A stretch of DNA of 64,000 nucleotides, from positions 2,232,001-2,296,000 of the forward strand of contig OZ218955.1 in NCBI GenBank assembly GCA_965112735.1, in the 5' to 3' direction. How positions within the stretch are numbered: position 1 is the stretch's first letter; every line of letters begins with the position of its first letter. The stretch comes from Phaeosaccion multiseriatum. Its lineage: Eukaryota; Protista; Ochrophyta, other classes. The notes beneath the pieces were generated by a model. That model searched no databases and was not told the DNA's origin. It saw nothing but the letters and a program-made list of their open reading frames with translations. The translations under genes and the position numbers were made by a program. Of the stretch, positions 23,885 to 37,471 are shown piece after piece.

Positions 23885-25524
23885 ATGGAGGCGAGGGAGG
23901 CGCCGGTCCTGGTGCTGCCCTCTCCGAAGCACGTCTTTATTATCAGCAGCGCAGGGAAGCCCATCTATTGCTTTGGAAAGGATGCCAGTGAGGCAGGAAT
24001 TGTCCCTCTCATGGGGCTCATCCAAGGCCTGCTCTCCTTCATAAGAAGAGCACCGGATGAGGAAGGGCACACCGAGCTTTCGTGCGTCGAGAGAGGCGAC
24101 CAGCTGGTGGTGTTCGCAAAGCAGGAGGAGGTGACATTGGTGGCTGTCTCCACGATTGGCGAGAGCGAAGCGTACCTGCGATTGCAACTCCACTTCCTAT
24201 ACGCACAGCTTCTCTTCTTTCTCACTGAAAGCGGGGTGCAAAATAGACTAAGAGCGGTCCCCAGCTTCAATCTGGAAAACCTCCTTTGCGGGACGCAGGT
24301 GTGGACAGATGTGGCGAGGTGAGGGAGCTTACGGCTTGCTGCTCTAACTGTTGCTGCTGCTACTCTTTCTTAAATCAGGCGACGATGGACAATATTGTGC
24401 TCATGAGCGGGCGGGATGCACGCCTTCTTAGTGGAGGCGTCACTACGCTTTGGATAGACCCCGATATTCGGAAACGACTGACCAAGGTACTCACAGGTGC
24501 GCAGAAGAAGAGCCCCAACATGCTCTGCGCCGTGTGGTGTTACGGGGAAGAGGTGGTTTGTCTGTCACAGGTCAAGCCCGCCGAGCACCAGCTGCACACG
24601 CAGGACCTGCTGCTACTCATCAACTTTGTGTCACAGTCCGTGGCCAAAGAGAGCCACTTCTCCCCCGTGTGCCTACCCCGCTTCCGGTCTGCGGGCTACC
24701 TGCATATGTACACGGCCTTTTTGGACGAAGGAGAGGGGTGAGTTGTCGTTAGGCGAGGAGATAACCTTTCCCTTCAAATCTTGTTTGCTATCGAGCTCAA
24801 TTCACACCCGTTTTGCCTCGGCAGGCGGCCCTTGCCCTCTTCGCCGGGGAAGCCCTCTTCGACGGGGAAAGCGGTCTCGTGCCTCATGCTCGTATCCACG
24901 GACAACTCCGCGCAGCAGCTGCGCGAGTTTGTGTCTGCGCGAGATGAGGTTGAGGCGGGCTTCGCTCGAGTTTTGGGTGGGAAGAGGGGCCTGTATCTAT
25001 CTCCAACGGCCATCGGGGAGAGGCGAAGAGTGCTCAACCACTTTTGCGAGGTTTCGGGTGTGTTGCACTTCATATACAAAGTGCCAGGGCAGAGGGGGGC
25101 TTCTCCCCCTCTCTCACAGTGTGTGTCGCCTCCCTTCACCTTCCCTTACAGCAGCAGCTCGACATGTGAGGGGGCTCCAGCAGCTTCGCCCCAGCAGCAG
25201 AGGGCCTGGAATCTCTATAGCAGAGGCGTCGTTATGCTGCGCAGGGGAACAGCCGAGCAAAGTGGAGGCATACCCAGAGAGGTGGAGCGGGGCCGAGGCC
25301 AAGAGTCGCCTCCGCACCTCCCTGGCACCCTTTTCGACGAGGCACCAAGCCACAACCTCGCGGTAGAGCGGAGCCAATACGAGCTGCTCATCTCCATCGC
25401 GGCCAAGGGCTTCGAAATGCACGCGCTCTTTCCGAGCACAACGGAAACGTCTCATGCACACGCGGTCGCTGGGAAGCTTATTCGCACCATTCAGAGGGAT
25501 GGGGCGTGGCTTTTCTTGGAGTGA
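23885..25524 (+). CDS. MON1: Vacuolar fusion protein Mon1 (SAND family, Rab7 GEF subunit), 3 exons
   Basis: KHVFIISSAGKPIY, LMGLIQGLLSF, LVAVSTIGESEAYLRLQLHFLYAQ, FNLENLLCGT, LHTQDLLLLINF, FSPVCLPRFRSAGYLHMY and VLHFIYK. Confidence 0.92.
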
Positions 25525-25973
25525 AGATCAATGGTAGACTAACTGTTTTACCACTCTCCACAGTGTGTATATACTTGTTCAAAGAGCATACGTATTCGTG
25601 GACGACAGAGTAGCCTCTGGACGCTCCATCTGCCCCCTATAGGTTCTTCTGTCCGTGATGTGTAGAATAATGTATTTACAAATCAAGGTGGTAGATCAAC
25701 ATGTGTCCCCGTGCCCGATCAGCCAGCCCGGTTGTCTGGCCTTCGCCCTCTGACTGCCTACCTCCCAGGGTCCAGCCCCTTCCCTCCCCAGCCGCCAGCA
25801 AGCTCACAGCAGAACTGCCCTGCCTCATGCGTACCAGCAGCGTCTCGTCGATTGACAAAGAGATAGAAAGGACTCTCGGGGCTGGCCCGGTCCCGGCGGC
25901 GGGCCAGGCGCACAGCTACAGCGCAGCCTGAAGTAGCATGTGCTGCCCGCCCTCCAAGTCCCTCGGTAACCAC

Positions 25974-26205
25974 TGTCTGTCTTTCTGTCTGTCTGTCTTT
26001 CTGTCTGTCAGTCTTTCGGTCTGTCTGTCTTTCTGTCTGTCAGTCTTTCTGTCTGTCAGTCTTTCTGTTCGTTCGTCTTTCTGTCTGTCTGCTTGTCTGT
26101 CTTTCTGTCTGCCTGTCTGTCTTGTCTGTCTGTCCGTCTGTCTGTCCCGTCTGTCTGTCTGTCCCGTCTGTCTGTCCGTCTGTCTGTCTGTCTGTCTGTC
26201 TGTCT
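25974..26205. repeat. (CTGT)n compound microsatellite
   Basis: Directly visible TCTG/TCTT/TCCG runs between MON1 and the WW-domain gene. Confidence 0.92.
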
Positions 26206-26388
26206 GGTGAGAGGGCTGCATGACGTGGGGCGGGGCTGGGCAGCAGTTTAGCTTGCTTGCACGCCCGCTGAGCGTCCCACCGGTTGATGGGAGGCTATGC
26301 GCTTGTGAGCGTCTCTTGCTGGCCGAGGGACACAGCAGGCCAATGTGCGTCCTTCACCTTGACCACCACTGGCAGTGTCGTGCGGTGG

Positions 26389-29300
26389 TCAGAGGAACAA
26401 CTTCTTCAGGGATGCTGTCAGGGAAGGAATCTTCCCCCGGGTTGGGCTGTGCGGCTGCTGGCCAGTGAATTCCCAATCGGCAGCTGGCACGGTGGCATCC
26501 AAATCGCTGTACTCCCCCGCCTCATCCGCACCACCGCCGGACTCCTCCTGGAGCGCCGCAACACTCGTCAGCCACTTATTGTGCAGCCGCTTGTGTGCGT
26601 CGAGCACTACCGCTGGTCTCGCGCCGTCCCCTCCTTCGTTCAGAGGCGGGGCGCGAGTCGGTGACAACTCGCGCGAGAGCCCTTCGCGGGAAGTAGCCAG
26701 GATGCCTCCTCCCGTCGATTGTCCCCCGGGGAGGCGGGCTGCACTGCCAACGGCCTTGCCCGGGCCTCCAATGTTCACTTTGAGTCTTCGCTTCGGGCCC
26801 TTCTTTGCGCTTACGCTCCAGAGCTCCTCCTCTGTGAACGCAAAGTCTCCCTCCCACACCGCCTGGGGGGGGTGGGGCGATTTGTTTGAGGTCAATCACG
26901 GGAGAGAAATACACTCCAGAAGAGGAGAAGGTGAATGACTTGCGCTCATATAGCAGCAGCTGGCCCTTTCACATGCGTTTCGTCAGGGAAGGCAGTACCT
27001 AACACCCCTCGCCTTACCGTGTCAAAGTACTGATTGAAGTAGAAGTATCGCCCCGTGTCCAGGTCTAGGAGTCTCTGCCACTCCTTCAGCCACTCCTCCT
27101 CCTGCTCCAACAGGTCAATTTCGCAAATCCCGAAAGAGGAGCCGTAGCGCCGCAGCATGACCTACAGGGGTGGAAGGATGGAAGGACGGAAAGAAACGAG
27201 GAGGGAGTTGGTGCCCGTTCCGGAGAACAACACAACCACGACATCCGTTTAGTGACCAAGTGAGGCACCACACAACAGAACGCCATGAACCAAACGGCGA
27301 GGCTCATCACCTTGCAGCGGCGACTCCCGTATCGGTCCTTCAGCGCCGAGCAAGCATTCCGAGAGCAGCGCTTGCACATGGCCCTTGTTGACGACTTGGC
27401 CAGGCTTGGCGAGGAGGGCCACACACACGTACACATAGAGAGTGAGAGAGTGAGAGAGAGAGACGCAGAGACAGAGAGAGAGAGAGTCACACATAGAGGT
27501 AGAGAGAGAAAGAGAGGGACAGATAGATAAAGAGAGACAAAGAGAGAGTGAGCGAGTTGGTTGTTGTTTCAGGAGGAGGAGGAGGAGCAGACCTTCCAAA
27601 ACAAAAGGAATGCACTCACCACATGGCGCACACGAACTTGCCAAGACCCTTTGCCCTTCTCCCACCCTCCCTGGAGCGCTGCCGGGCGGTGGCATCCCCT
27701 GCGGAGTGCAAGGTAGTTTCGGACCTGCACAGGGCCGTTCGTTCGTTCGGTCGGTGTTGAAAAGAGCGTGTTGGCTGCCTTCTCTTGAAAGCGGCATACT
27801 TGCAGACTCACCTGTCACTCCGGAGGCCGGACGCCATGCCCGTGGAGGGGGCGGGAGGCTGGTCCTGGGGAAAGAGCAGAGGAACACCCGCAACACCCGC
27901 TCTGCCTCTGTGTGGAGCTTCGAGGGGCTCGGCGGAGCTCTCGCCCCGGCCTTCTTCCTCCCCCTGCACCTACTCGAACGGGCCAGGGCAGACGAGTGAG
28001 TCTCGGGGGTTGTAGTGCTGGAGAAGGGGGGGTTGCAGACTCACTTGTGCAGGCGAAAAGCTTTCTATGTCCATCGTTTCCACGGCATCCCTCACGATGA
28101 AAGCCTTCTGCTCCTTGTTGGCTCGAGGAAGTGGGCTATCCGGCGACAAACCGGGCTCCAGAAGGGCATCAGGGCTGGTCCCTCCCTTTGGAAGCGTCTT
28201 GCTCCCTTCCCTCGGTGTTTGGCTGTGCCCCCCCTCTGGACTGAGGGGTCTCGTTCGCCCAGGGCTCCGCAGACGTGTCGCCATAGCAGAAGGGGAAAGA
28301 GCGCCGCCTAAGCCCTCGTAAGTCAGCGCGGCTTTGAGCTTTTGGGCCTGGCCCGAGAACATGGATCCGAGCAGGTGTCCCGACGCCTTGCCGGCCCTGC
28401 TGGTGAGCATGGCTAAGGCCCTCGCACTCGCCAGCGCCCTCTGCCGGCCACCAGCGTGCCTCGCGTACCCGACCACCTTGCCTCCGGGCATGTACCACGC
28501 GGGGGGGAGGGTGTTCATCACGAGCTGCGACAGCCTCTCGTCCCATTCCGACGGGGAGGAGGACACAACCCCTTCTGCCACGGCGGGCCCACTCCCCTCC
28601 TCGTCGGCTGCTTGCTCTGGAGGCTCCGACGAGGGAGCTTTCTCCTTAGCCAAGAGCGCGTCGATGAGGGCGTACCCAACGGCAAAGGTCCACGCACCCT
28701 CCTGCCAGTCGATGCGGTCAAAGAGGTCCCCCAGGGTGTTAGGCAGGCTAAACAGGCCCTTCATGCTCACGCCGCGCTCCTCCGCAGAACTGCACACAGG
28801 AGCGAGAGAGAGAGTTAGCAAGGACAAGGAGGGGTGTGTAGTAAGACGGTGCTCATGAAAAACAATGCGGCGCACCTTCGCCGCCTCAGCCAGTACTGCA
28901 GCCCGCAAAACCTCTTGCGCAGCATCCGCTGGCACTCGAAAAGTGGAAAGAGCAGCGGAGGATGCAGGAACGCGAAACGTATCAGCTCTCTCGCCGTAAT
29001 GTACTTGGGGGCGGCCGGGTCTGCCTCATCTGATGATTGCGCCGTGTCCAGCAGCTTGTCCCGAAGAAACATGACCTCCTTCGTCACGTCCCTGTGCGAG
29101 AGAGTCACAATGGAGCTCACAAGCTCCACATTGAGCTGCACATCCAAGTCGAGCTTGGCCTGTCGCTGGGGCTTGTCCTCGGCAGCCGGGGCCGCAGCTG
29201 CTGACGCGACTTGCCCCCCCTCGCCTGGCCCTTCTGCGTACATGCCACTGGTGGTGGCTCCTTTCGCCCGTGTCTTTGCAGCCTTCTTCTCCCTCACAGG

Positions 29301-30016
29301 GGCGTACTTGTCCAAGCGCTGCAGAACGCTCGCCACATAGGCCTCAAGAAGCTCAAAGTCCCCCATCCGGCACAAGTCGCAGGACAAGATGACGAGGCGG
29401 GCAAAGTTGATGCTCCTCCGGTCTGGAGGGGGGGAGAGGCTCTTCTTTCTTTGCAGGTACCACGTCTGCAGCAGCATCTGAAACGCAAACTCTCCGGCGG
29501 TGGCGTAGAGCTCGTTGGCCAAAAAGTCGACACTTATCTGGCGATATGTTTAAGGGGGGCAGGTGGAGGAAGGGCGTGAGCATGGAGACATGTGTTTCCG
29601 ATGGACGACCTGCGTATAGTTATTCATGCACCCACCGTAAACATGGCCTTGGTAGTGAAGTCTGGGTGTTGGGTCCCGTCGATACTCCTCTGGAAGCGCT
29701 TGTACATGGCTTCCAAGTGCCCCTGCCGCACCCCATGCTGCAAGCAGTATTTGCCCAGCGTTTCCCACTCATTGTCGGGCAGGAGCATGCGCTCGATTCC
29801 TGCTCCGGTGCTGTCCAGCCCATCGGCGGCTTCGTCATCAGGAAGGATGAATTCGGGCGCCTCCTCCTCTCGCGCCTCGTCCTCGTCTCCCAGTTCGGGC
29901 ACACCATCCGGCTTGAAGCGATGAGGAAGCACGTGCAGTGATGCTCCCTTCTTCACAGCGGCCAAGGTCTTGCTGAGCAGCTCCTTGGCGCGCTCCTTCT
30001 CTCTGGTCGAGAGCAT
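26389..30016 (-). CDS. Uncharacterised protein with a degenerate EF-hand-like region and a C-terminal WW domain, multi-exon
   Basis: ITARELIRFAFLHPPLLFPLFECQRMLRKRFCGLQYW resembles a motif I recall from stramenopile EF-hand-like proteins. The WW domain is split by an intron: EWQRLLDLDTGRYFYFNQYFDT-AVWEG. Both termini are uncertain. Confidence 0.6.
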
Positions 30017-30218
30017 GGCGCCGACCTGCACATCCCCAGGGACAGGCCCCGAGACAGAGGGAGGAAGGAATTGAGGAAGGTCTCGGCGCCAAAACGACCT
30101 CCTATGTCAATGTATGCAAGTCTACGCTCGGAAACCATATCATTTTTCCAGGGGGCCCAGGTTTGGCTGTGGCCCCACACACGATTGTTAGCTTGCTGTG
30201 CGTGCACCGCTGCTCCCC

Positions 30219-32526
30219 ATGGCGTCCGCTCGGCTGGTGAATCTGTCTACCAAGGCCATTGTGAATCTTGTCGAGGCGGTCGCGTCGACTGTCCCGGAGA
30301 AGCAGGACAAGATCAAGTTCCAGAAGGTGGGGTGAATGTGATCACCTTGCTTCAGCTACTTGCTACTGCTGCTCTCCTTTTGGCCCGGTGTTCGCTTGCC
30401 AAATAAGGCCTTGCCATCAAAGTTGACAATGACAAGGCGCAGTGGGAGAAGCTAGTCCCTCATTTCTAACCCCTCTTACCTCGCTGCTGCTACCTTCCCG
30501 TCGCTCACCTCCCTTCCCGCGCCTCAGGAGTGCAATGACTTGATTGGAGAGGCCAAGGCTCCAGAGCTGATCCGGAAGCTCTTGGAGCAGAGGTGAGTCC
30601 TTGCTGGCTAAATTAAGTGCGGTTTACCGGGATCTCCTAGGGGGGGGGGGACGAAGCTGGAGCGAGACAGAGAGGCTAGATGCCAATCCAACCAACGCCC
30701 CCGTCCTTGCCCAACCCCTTTTGCCTTGTTTCTGCCCACCTTTGTCTTGTGGGGTCACAGGGATGCTGTGCTGGCCATGCCCAGCGTGGACGACGTGGAG
30801 GGGTGCTTTGGAATTTTGTTTAGCTTATTATTCAAGACGGCAGACGCAACACAGGTGCCTCTGCTGGCCAGCGACATTGCTTCCGCCCTGCTAGAGAAGG
30901 TGGATGACAGAGCTGTGGTCAGGCTGCAATTGTAAGTATCTCGTGTTCTCTGCTTTTTCCTTTATTCTCTCTGAAGCTCTCCCCTGACCCCTGTGGTGTC
31001 TGTGTTGGTGTTGATCTGTTGTTGTGTCCAGGGCGACCAACTTTTACAACATGCTGCCGAGCGCGCAGAGCGGTCACTTCCAGGTGCTGTTGCAGGTCAT
31101 CACATATGCCAATGAGGTACGCGCCAATGACGGGGGGGGGGGGTCTCTTCCGTCCGCTCCGCCTGGCCACTGACGACTTGAGCTGTTTATTCCCTCTCCC
31201 AGGCCAAGTTGCTGTCGCTTATGGGCGGTTTCATTGCGTCAGTGGAGGACTGGGTAGAATCTATGGACCTGCCATCGCAGGACCGAAGGGCGCTGTATCT
31301 GCTTATTGCCGATGCGCTGGCAAACGACGGGGATGGGACCAAGAGCCAAGTGATGCTCATGAACTACTTGGCGTCATTCGACGGAGCTTGCGCGGTACGG
31401 GAGGGAGACGGGAGCTTTCCATCTCAGAAAGGACCATATCTTGATGTCCTTCCTCTCCCCTCCCCTTGCTTTGCTCGCTTTCCAGGCGGATCTTGCTTCT
31501 GTAAAGGCGGTAGCAGCGCGGGGGGCGATTGGCGCCATCAAGGCTCCTATTGTAAGTATGTTATTCATTCTTGGTGCAGTGAATCACAGTCGGGGGGCGG
31601 GGGACGTGTATCTTACATTTGTTTCTTACAAACTCTTTCAGGTGAGCTTCACACAAAAACACAACTTGCTGGGCATGGCTGCGGTGAAGCAGCTGGAGAG
31701 CGACCCACAGTACAGCAAGGTACGCACAAGGCGGGGAGAGACACACGCACACACCCACAACTGTCTCTTACAAAGGAATGCGTGTCTTGCACACAGGTCT
31801 TTGACTTGCTGAGAATCTTTAGCGTGGAGAAGCTCGGGGCGTACCTCAAGTTCGCAGAGGCGAACCCTGATGTGATGAAGGACCACAATATCGACCACGA
31901 CCTGGCCGTTAGCAACATGCGGCTACTCAGTCTGTGCAGTCTAGCTACTGAGCACGAGGAGGTTCCGTACCAGGCTGCGGCTAGCACTCTGAGGGTGAGA
32001 AGCTGGAGCAGCAGGGAGTGAGAGATGACATTTGTAACCTGCGTCTGACTCTGGGCGCTTGATCCATGCAGGTGACACCCGAGGGGGTAGAGGAGTGGGT
32101 GTTGAAAGCCATCCAGGCGGGCCTCATGGACGCCAAAATGGATCAATTGCTGCAGGTGGTGGTCATTAGGAGATGTACCAACAGGGTGAGTGACGCAGAG
32201 GTACGGCGGGCAGTGCTGCTTTGGCTTCTCTCCTCACAACGCTTCTCCTTTTGTTCTTCAGGTGTTTGGCAACGCGCAATGGAAAAACCTTAAGACACGG
32301 CTGCACACATGGCATTCAAACGTGTCAGGTCAGTGAGGGCCAAAAAGGGTCTTCCCCAACCACATGCTATATGACTGACGTCTCCCATGCCCACTGCTTC
32401 CCTCCTGCAGGCCTGCTCTCGACAGTGAGGAAGAGCAACGAGCTCTACGCAACTCAAAAGCTGCAAGCTGGCGTTCACGAGGAGGCACCGAGAGCTGGCA
32501 GTAGGGGGCAAATGGCGTACGATTAA
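30219..32526 (+). CDS. EIF3M: Eukaryotic translation initiation factor 3 subunit M (PCI domain), multi-exon
   Basis: DVEGCFGILFSL, LTNFYNML, LLRIF..YLKF, NMRLLSLCSLA..EVPYQ..VEEWVLKAIQAGLMDAKMDQ..R-VFGNAQWKNLKTRLHTW. Confidence 0.9.
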
Positions 32527-32973
32527 CGGGCTGAGCGCCTTACCTCTCCGTAGTGTACATAGAACCCTGAATCTCCTGGGGAGGAGGAATGGCGAAAGGC
32601 CTCGGGAGGGGCGGGAGAGCCTCGCCCACGGGCCTTTTTTTTTGGCCTCCTCACAAATACTAATCAAAGAACTCCCAATCACACCCTGAGCGCTAAGCAC
32701 ATGTTAGTCGCACGTCTAGAAGAAGGAGGAGAAAGAAAGGAGGGGAGGTTTTCACAGGTGGCGACGCTTGTTGGATTCAAACTCCTAACACTTGTCAAAT
32801 CCCAACTGCCTCCTTCTCTTCTCCTTCTCTTCTTCTCGCAGATCTCTTCAGTCTGCATCGCTCGCCCACATATCAATATAACGAAGGCGAGAACGCTTTG
32901 CAGTCGTCGTGATGTGAGCCTCTCCTCCTCCAGCAGCAGCAGCAAAGGCAACAGCAGCAGCCAGAGAGCCAGC

Positions 32974-34349
32974 ATGCCTCTGGCTTCAAGGGAGAATGGC
33001 AGGGCGTTTATACGAAGAGATAAGGGGAAGCTAGGTCAACGAGAGGGCACTAGTAGTAGTACCGACAAAGAAAATGAGCCCCTTGGGTCAATGCACTCTC
33101 AGAAGCAGCAGCAGCCGCAGGAGAAGCAGCAGCAGCTGAAGCCTTGGTGCGAAGAGGATTTCGACATTGCTGACGTTCAACTTGGTGCGGGAAGATTTGG
33201 GAAAGTATATCTTGCAGTTGAGCGGAGGAGTGGTCTCTTGGTGGCCATTAAGAAGCTCAGGAAGGATGAGCTAAAGAAAACGAGCATGGAATACCAGGTG
33301 GGGAAGCCTAGGCTGCTTGATACCTATGACGTAGACATACTAACCCCGGTCGATGTGCACCCCCTCCAGGTGCGGCGTGAGGTGGAAATTCAAAGCAGAT
33401 TGAGACACCCTAATATCCTCCGCATGTACGGCATGTTCCACGACGACAAGTACATCTATTTTGTACTGGAGTACGCCCCCAAAGGAGAGCTAATGAAGGA
33501 GCTGTCGAAAAGAGGGTGAGCGTACGATGTCGTTCTCCTCCTCCCTAGTGATGGGCAAACAGGGAATCCCGCCTGAGTCCTGTGGTGTCTCATAACCGAT
33601 CTCGCGTACATGCATATCTGCCGCCTTGTAGTAAGTACTCAAATTGTCCCTCCCTCCCCCCGTCTGGGTCCAGCCACTTGAGTGAGAAGCGCGCCGCGAA
33701 CTGCCTGGTGAGCGTCTCCAGAGCGCTGAGCTACTGCCACAGCAAGAGTATTATCCACCGAGACCTCAAACCAGAGAACCTGCTCGTGGGCTTTCACGGG
33801 GACGTTAAGATTGCGGACTTCGGCTGGGCCGTGCATTCTGAGTCTTGCCACAGAACCACTTTCTGCGGAACAATGGATTATCTCTCGCCAGAGATGCTGC
33901 AGGTAAGTCCATATGCCTTTGCTCTGAGTCACCCCCTTTCATGACGAAGCTCTATGGACATGTCCCGTGTCAGGGCGAAGCGCACAACGAAACAGTTGAC
34001 GCGTGGGCTTTGGGGGTGTTGGCGTACGAGCTCCTCGTGGGCAGACCGCCCTTCGAAGAGGACCACCCAGCCCGAACCCGAGCGCGAATCTTAAAATGTG
34101 ACATTCGCTTTCCTCCTGGCCTCGTGCCACAGGACGCGCAGCTGCTCATTAGGTGCGTGTATGTGTACGTCTGCCACCGCAAGGAAGCAGCCGCCCGCTC
34201 ACCTCTTCACCCTCCCTCTCTCATGCTCGCCTCTTGCACGAGTCAGGAATTTGCTAAGGCCACGCCCCTCCGAGCGGCTGCCAATTGCAGAATTGCTGCA
34301 ACACCCTTTTATCCGGAGAAACACGTTAAGACCTATCATGCGCCGATGA
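32974..34349 (+). CDS. Aurora-family Ser/Thr kinase, 5 exons
   Basis: [91 protein letters not shown] and [25 protein letters not shown] box lies in the N-terminus. Confidence 0.95.
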
Positions 34350-34589
34350 TGTGTGAAGTCCTTGGTACTGAGACCAATACCGACCGAGCAGAGATGCTTT
34401 CTCGTAGCAGTTTGTCTCCACACTTCACACTACATGTAGATTAAGTCTTTTGCTTCTTAGCCCAATCTCTCCCTCTCCTTCAACCTAATGAGAGAGCCGA
34501 GAGTTTCGCCCCAAAAACAATTTTCCAATTCCCTCCTTTCCTCCTAAACTACTGCAACTAGGTTTCTACTAAACACGGAAACAAACATC

Positions 34590-36885
34590 TCACCAACCCT
34601 CTGGTTGCTGCGCCTGCTGAGGTGATGCGGGTTGCTTCTGCTGCTGCTGCTGCTGCTGCTTCTTGCCAGATGACCTGCTGAACACAGTCCGCTTCCCCTT
34701 TGGAGTGGCCACCCCGCGGAGTCTCGTTGCGGTGCACGAAGGCGCCTCCGCGGCCGCCAAAGCAGCATTCTCCTTCTCTGACGACTCGCCGGCCAGAGCG
34801 CGCTTGTACTGCTCAGAGGAAAGAAACTTCTCGACCGCACACTGCCAACGAGGGGGGGAGGGGGGGAGACACGGGTCAGCAGCTACCAACGAGGGGCACC
34901 CCATGTGGAATCGCATCTTCCAAAGGCCTCTTCACCCTGTGTATACGATCGCACCTTATTTTTATAGATCCTCGTGCCCGTGAGCACGCACACCACAAAG
35001 GCGTCGTCGTTGGGGTCCTCCTTGAGGTGGGGGTCGTAGCGCTTGAGGTCGAAAGGACCGTCCTTCAGCATGCGGAGCACCTAGTAAGAAGGGGGCGAAC
35101 GAGGGGGCGTCGGGGTAAGAAATGGGTTTGCAAGAGGCCGCATCGGAAACGCACATATGGAATCCCTAACTAAAATCTCTCCTGCAAGAGCCTTGGGAAG
35201 TTGACAAGAAATGACGCACCTTTTTGCTGCGTAAGTAAGCCACCACGTCTCCGAAGTTGGCGGGAATCTCGTGCCCCGTGAGGTGGCACAGCACCCTCTT
35301 CCGAGCAGTGAAGGCGAGGTAGCTCCTCGAAGCCACCAGCTCTTCTAAAGCGAGAGCTTCCTTATCCACGTCGTGTTTGCTTTGCCCCCCCTCTCCGTCC
35401 TCGAGAAGCCCAGAGGCCTGCTGCTCCTGGACCCCGATGCTGCTGCTACTGCTGTTCACGTCTGTCAAAGGCGATGACGCAGCAGAACAAGAGGCGGTGG
35501 ACACGATGGAGCCGGGAGAGTGCCACACGTGCCGCACTCCGCCCAAGCTGCCGCTGCCTCCGCGCGCCCCTCCTCCCCCCCCTCCTCCGTCCTCGCCGCA
35601 GCTGCTGCTCAACGAGGCGCCCTCCCCAAAATCCCCAAAGCCCTGTACGGGGGACGTGTTGGTGCTGCTGCTGCCCGGCCCCGAGGGGGACAAGCTGTGG
35701 CTCAAAATGACGGGCCCACTCCCTCCTCCTCCCCTCATGCCAACCATGCCCCCGGATCCCCTCCTGCCCACGTCTGCGGATTGGAATCCAACCGGGGACA
35801 GCAGACCAGACATGACTTCGCCTCCGGGCGAGTACCGCACGCCTGCGGGCTTGGCTAGGTATGAGGCCGAGGCACCCTCGAAGGACTGTGGCGCTTCCCG
35901 CAAGGGGGTGAACGTGCCCATCTGCATGCCTGCTTGTTGTTGTTGTGGTTGTGGTTGTTGTGGTGGTTGTTGTTGCTGCTGCTGCATATGCTGCGTATGC
36001 TGCGGGGGAGGCTGGAAGACGCCCATCCCACCTGGAGACAACGGCCCGCTTCCCGGCCCGCTCATCCCCATCCCTCCGACACCCACCATGAGCGGAGGGG
36101 GGGGTGGGGGGCTTCGTCCTCCATCGCCCATACTCGTAAAGGACAACGACGTGGTCTCTTCTTCGTCGTCCCCACCCTCTAGCTGGGCGAGCACAGATTC
36201 GGCCACTTCCACCGCCACGGGGCTCCCTCCGCGAAAGCCAAGACCCTCACCCATGCCTTCCTCGTCGTGAGAGCCCCCCCCCCGCAATTGCTGCTCCTGC
36301 TGGGAGTAAATGGCGACGAGGTCCGGCTCATAATCCAACTCGGCCTCCTCCTCCCTCATCTGGGCATTGAGAATGTCCTCAATGAGATTCGCAGTCTTGC
36401 CCTTGGCCGGGGTATTGACCGCCTTGGCGGCGGCCCGCAAGTTGTTGTAGGTCATCCCGCTCAATTCTCCTCTACTGAAACGCACGCTAGGGCTCGCGCC
36501 GGTGACAGAGGCCTGCCCCTGCTGCCGCTGCTGCTGTTGCTGCCCCATCGCTACAGGTGTGGAAGCTACAGGCGTGGAACCCGCCCCCTCGCCAATGGCC
36601 AGAGCGCCCATCTGACGCACCACATCCTCGGTGGGGGCGTTCGGAGGCCGCAAGAGCCCACCCCGACCCGGCGCTGGCTGCTGCCGCTTCACGGGTGAGA
36701 CAAGCACATGGGAGAGCTCCGCCAGAAGGGACTCCCTGGATTGGTTAGCACGGATGCCCTTTTGCTTGGCCAAGGTCTGCAGGCCGCGATACGGCGTCGA
36801 CGCAAATTGCTCCAGCCGCTGCTGCTCCTCCCGCCGCTCCTGCTGCTCCCTGCCCTGCGCCTGACCTCTTTGAGGTTGTCGCCGA

Positions 36886-36920
<35 letters not shown>

Positions 36921-36941
36921 CTGTGGAGTGACTTGGGCCAT
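34590..36941 (-). CDS. Protein with two SAP/HeH-like motifs, a long disordered region and a C-terminal SURF2-like domain, at least 3 exons
   Basis: SAP-like motifs YRGLQTLAKQKGIRANQSRESLLAEL and LSGMTYNNLRAAAKAVNTPAKGKTANLIEDIL. SURF2-like region RVLCHLTGHEIP..YLRSKK-..FDLKRYDPHL..FVVCVLTGTRIYKNK-CAVEKFLSSEQYKRAL. A further upstream exon (to about 37382) is possible. Confidence 0.7.
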
Positions 36942-37471
36942 CGCGATGTGCTGCAACTCGCCTCCTTACACTGCTGTGTCGCTGTCAGGAATTAAGGCGA
37001 GCGGGTTGAGAGGAGGAAACAACCCAACAAAACCTCTTCCACCGCCCTTACCTTTGCTCCTCTTCCTCCTTGGCCTTGCCCAGAGGCCGGAGGGGGCACC
37101 TACCGTGGCACCAACGCGCTGCTCCTGCTGCTGCTGCTGCTGATGATGATGATGCCCCCAGCGGCCCTCCCCCCTCGAGAGTGGGTCCCCCAACCCCAGT
37201 TCCAGCGAGAGCTTTTCTAATACAGGGGCATGCTTGCTAGACTGGGCTGCAACATCGTTGTGTCGTCGTGTGCTGACCTCTTCCTCTGGGCCTGCTCGTG
37301 TGCTCTCCTGATCTCTAAAGTGTGAAGGTTTTGAGGGGCCCCCCGGGTTTGTGCGATAAAAGCACAACTGTAAAAATGGCATCCATCATCCTCGATGGAT
37401 CATCCATGATGGTATCCATCATGGATCATCATGAACAGAGGAAAGAGAGACCATCATCGCCGGTCTTCTTG

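Noticed and set aside
25676-25973. Short ORFs on both strands beside the (CTGT)n tract
   Set aside because: No motifs and no convincing in-frame splice connection to neighbouring genes.
30217-30222. CCATGG palindrome giving ATG on both strands at the eIF3m start
   Set aside because: The minus-strand ATG opens only a 10-codon ORF.
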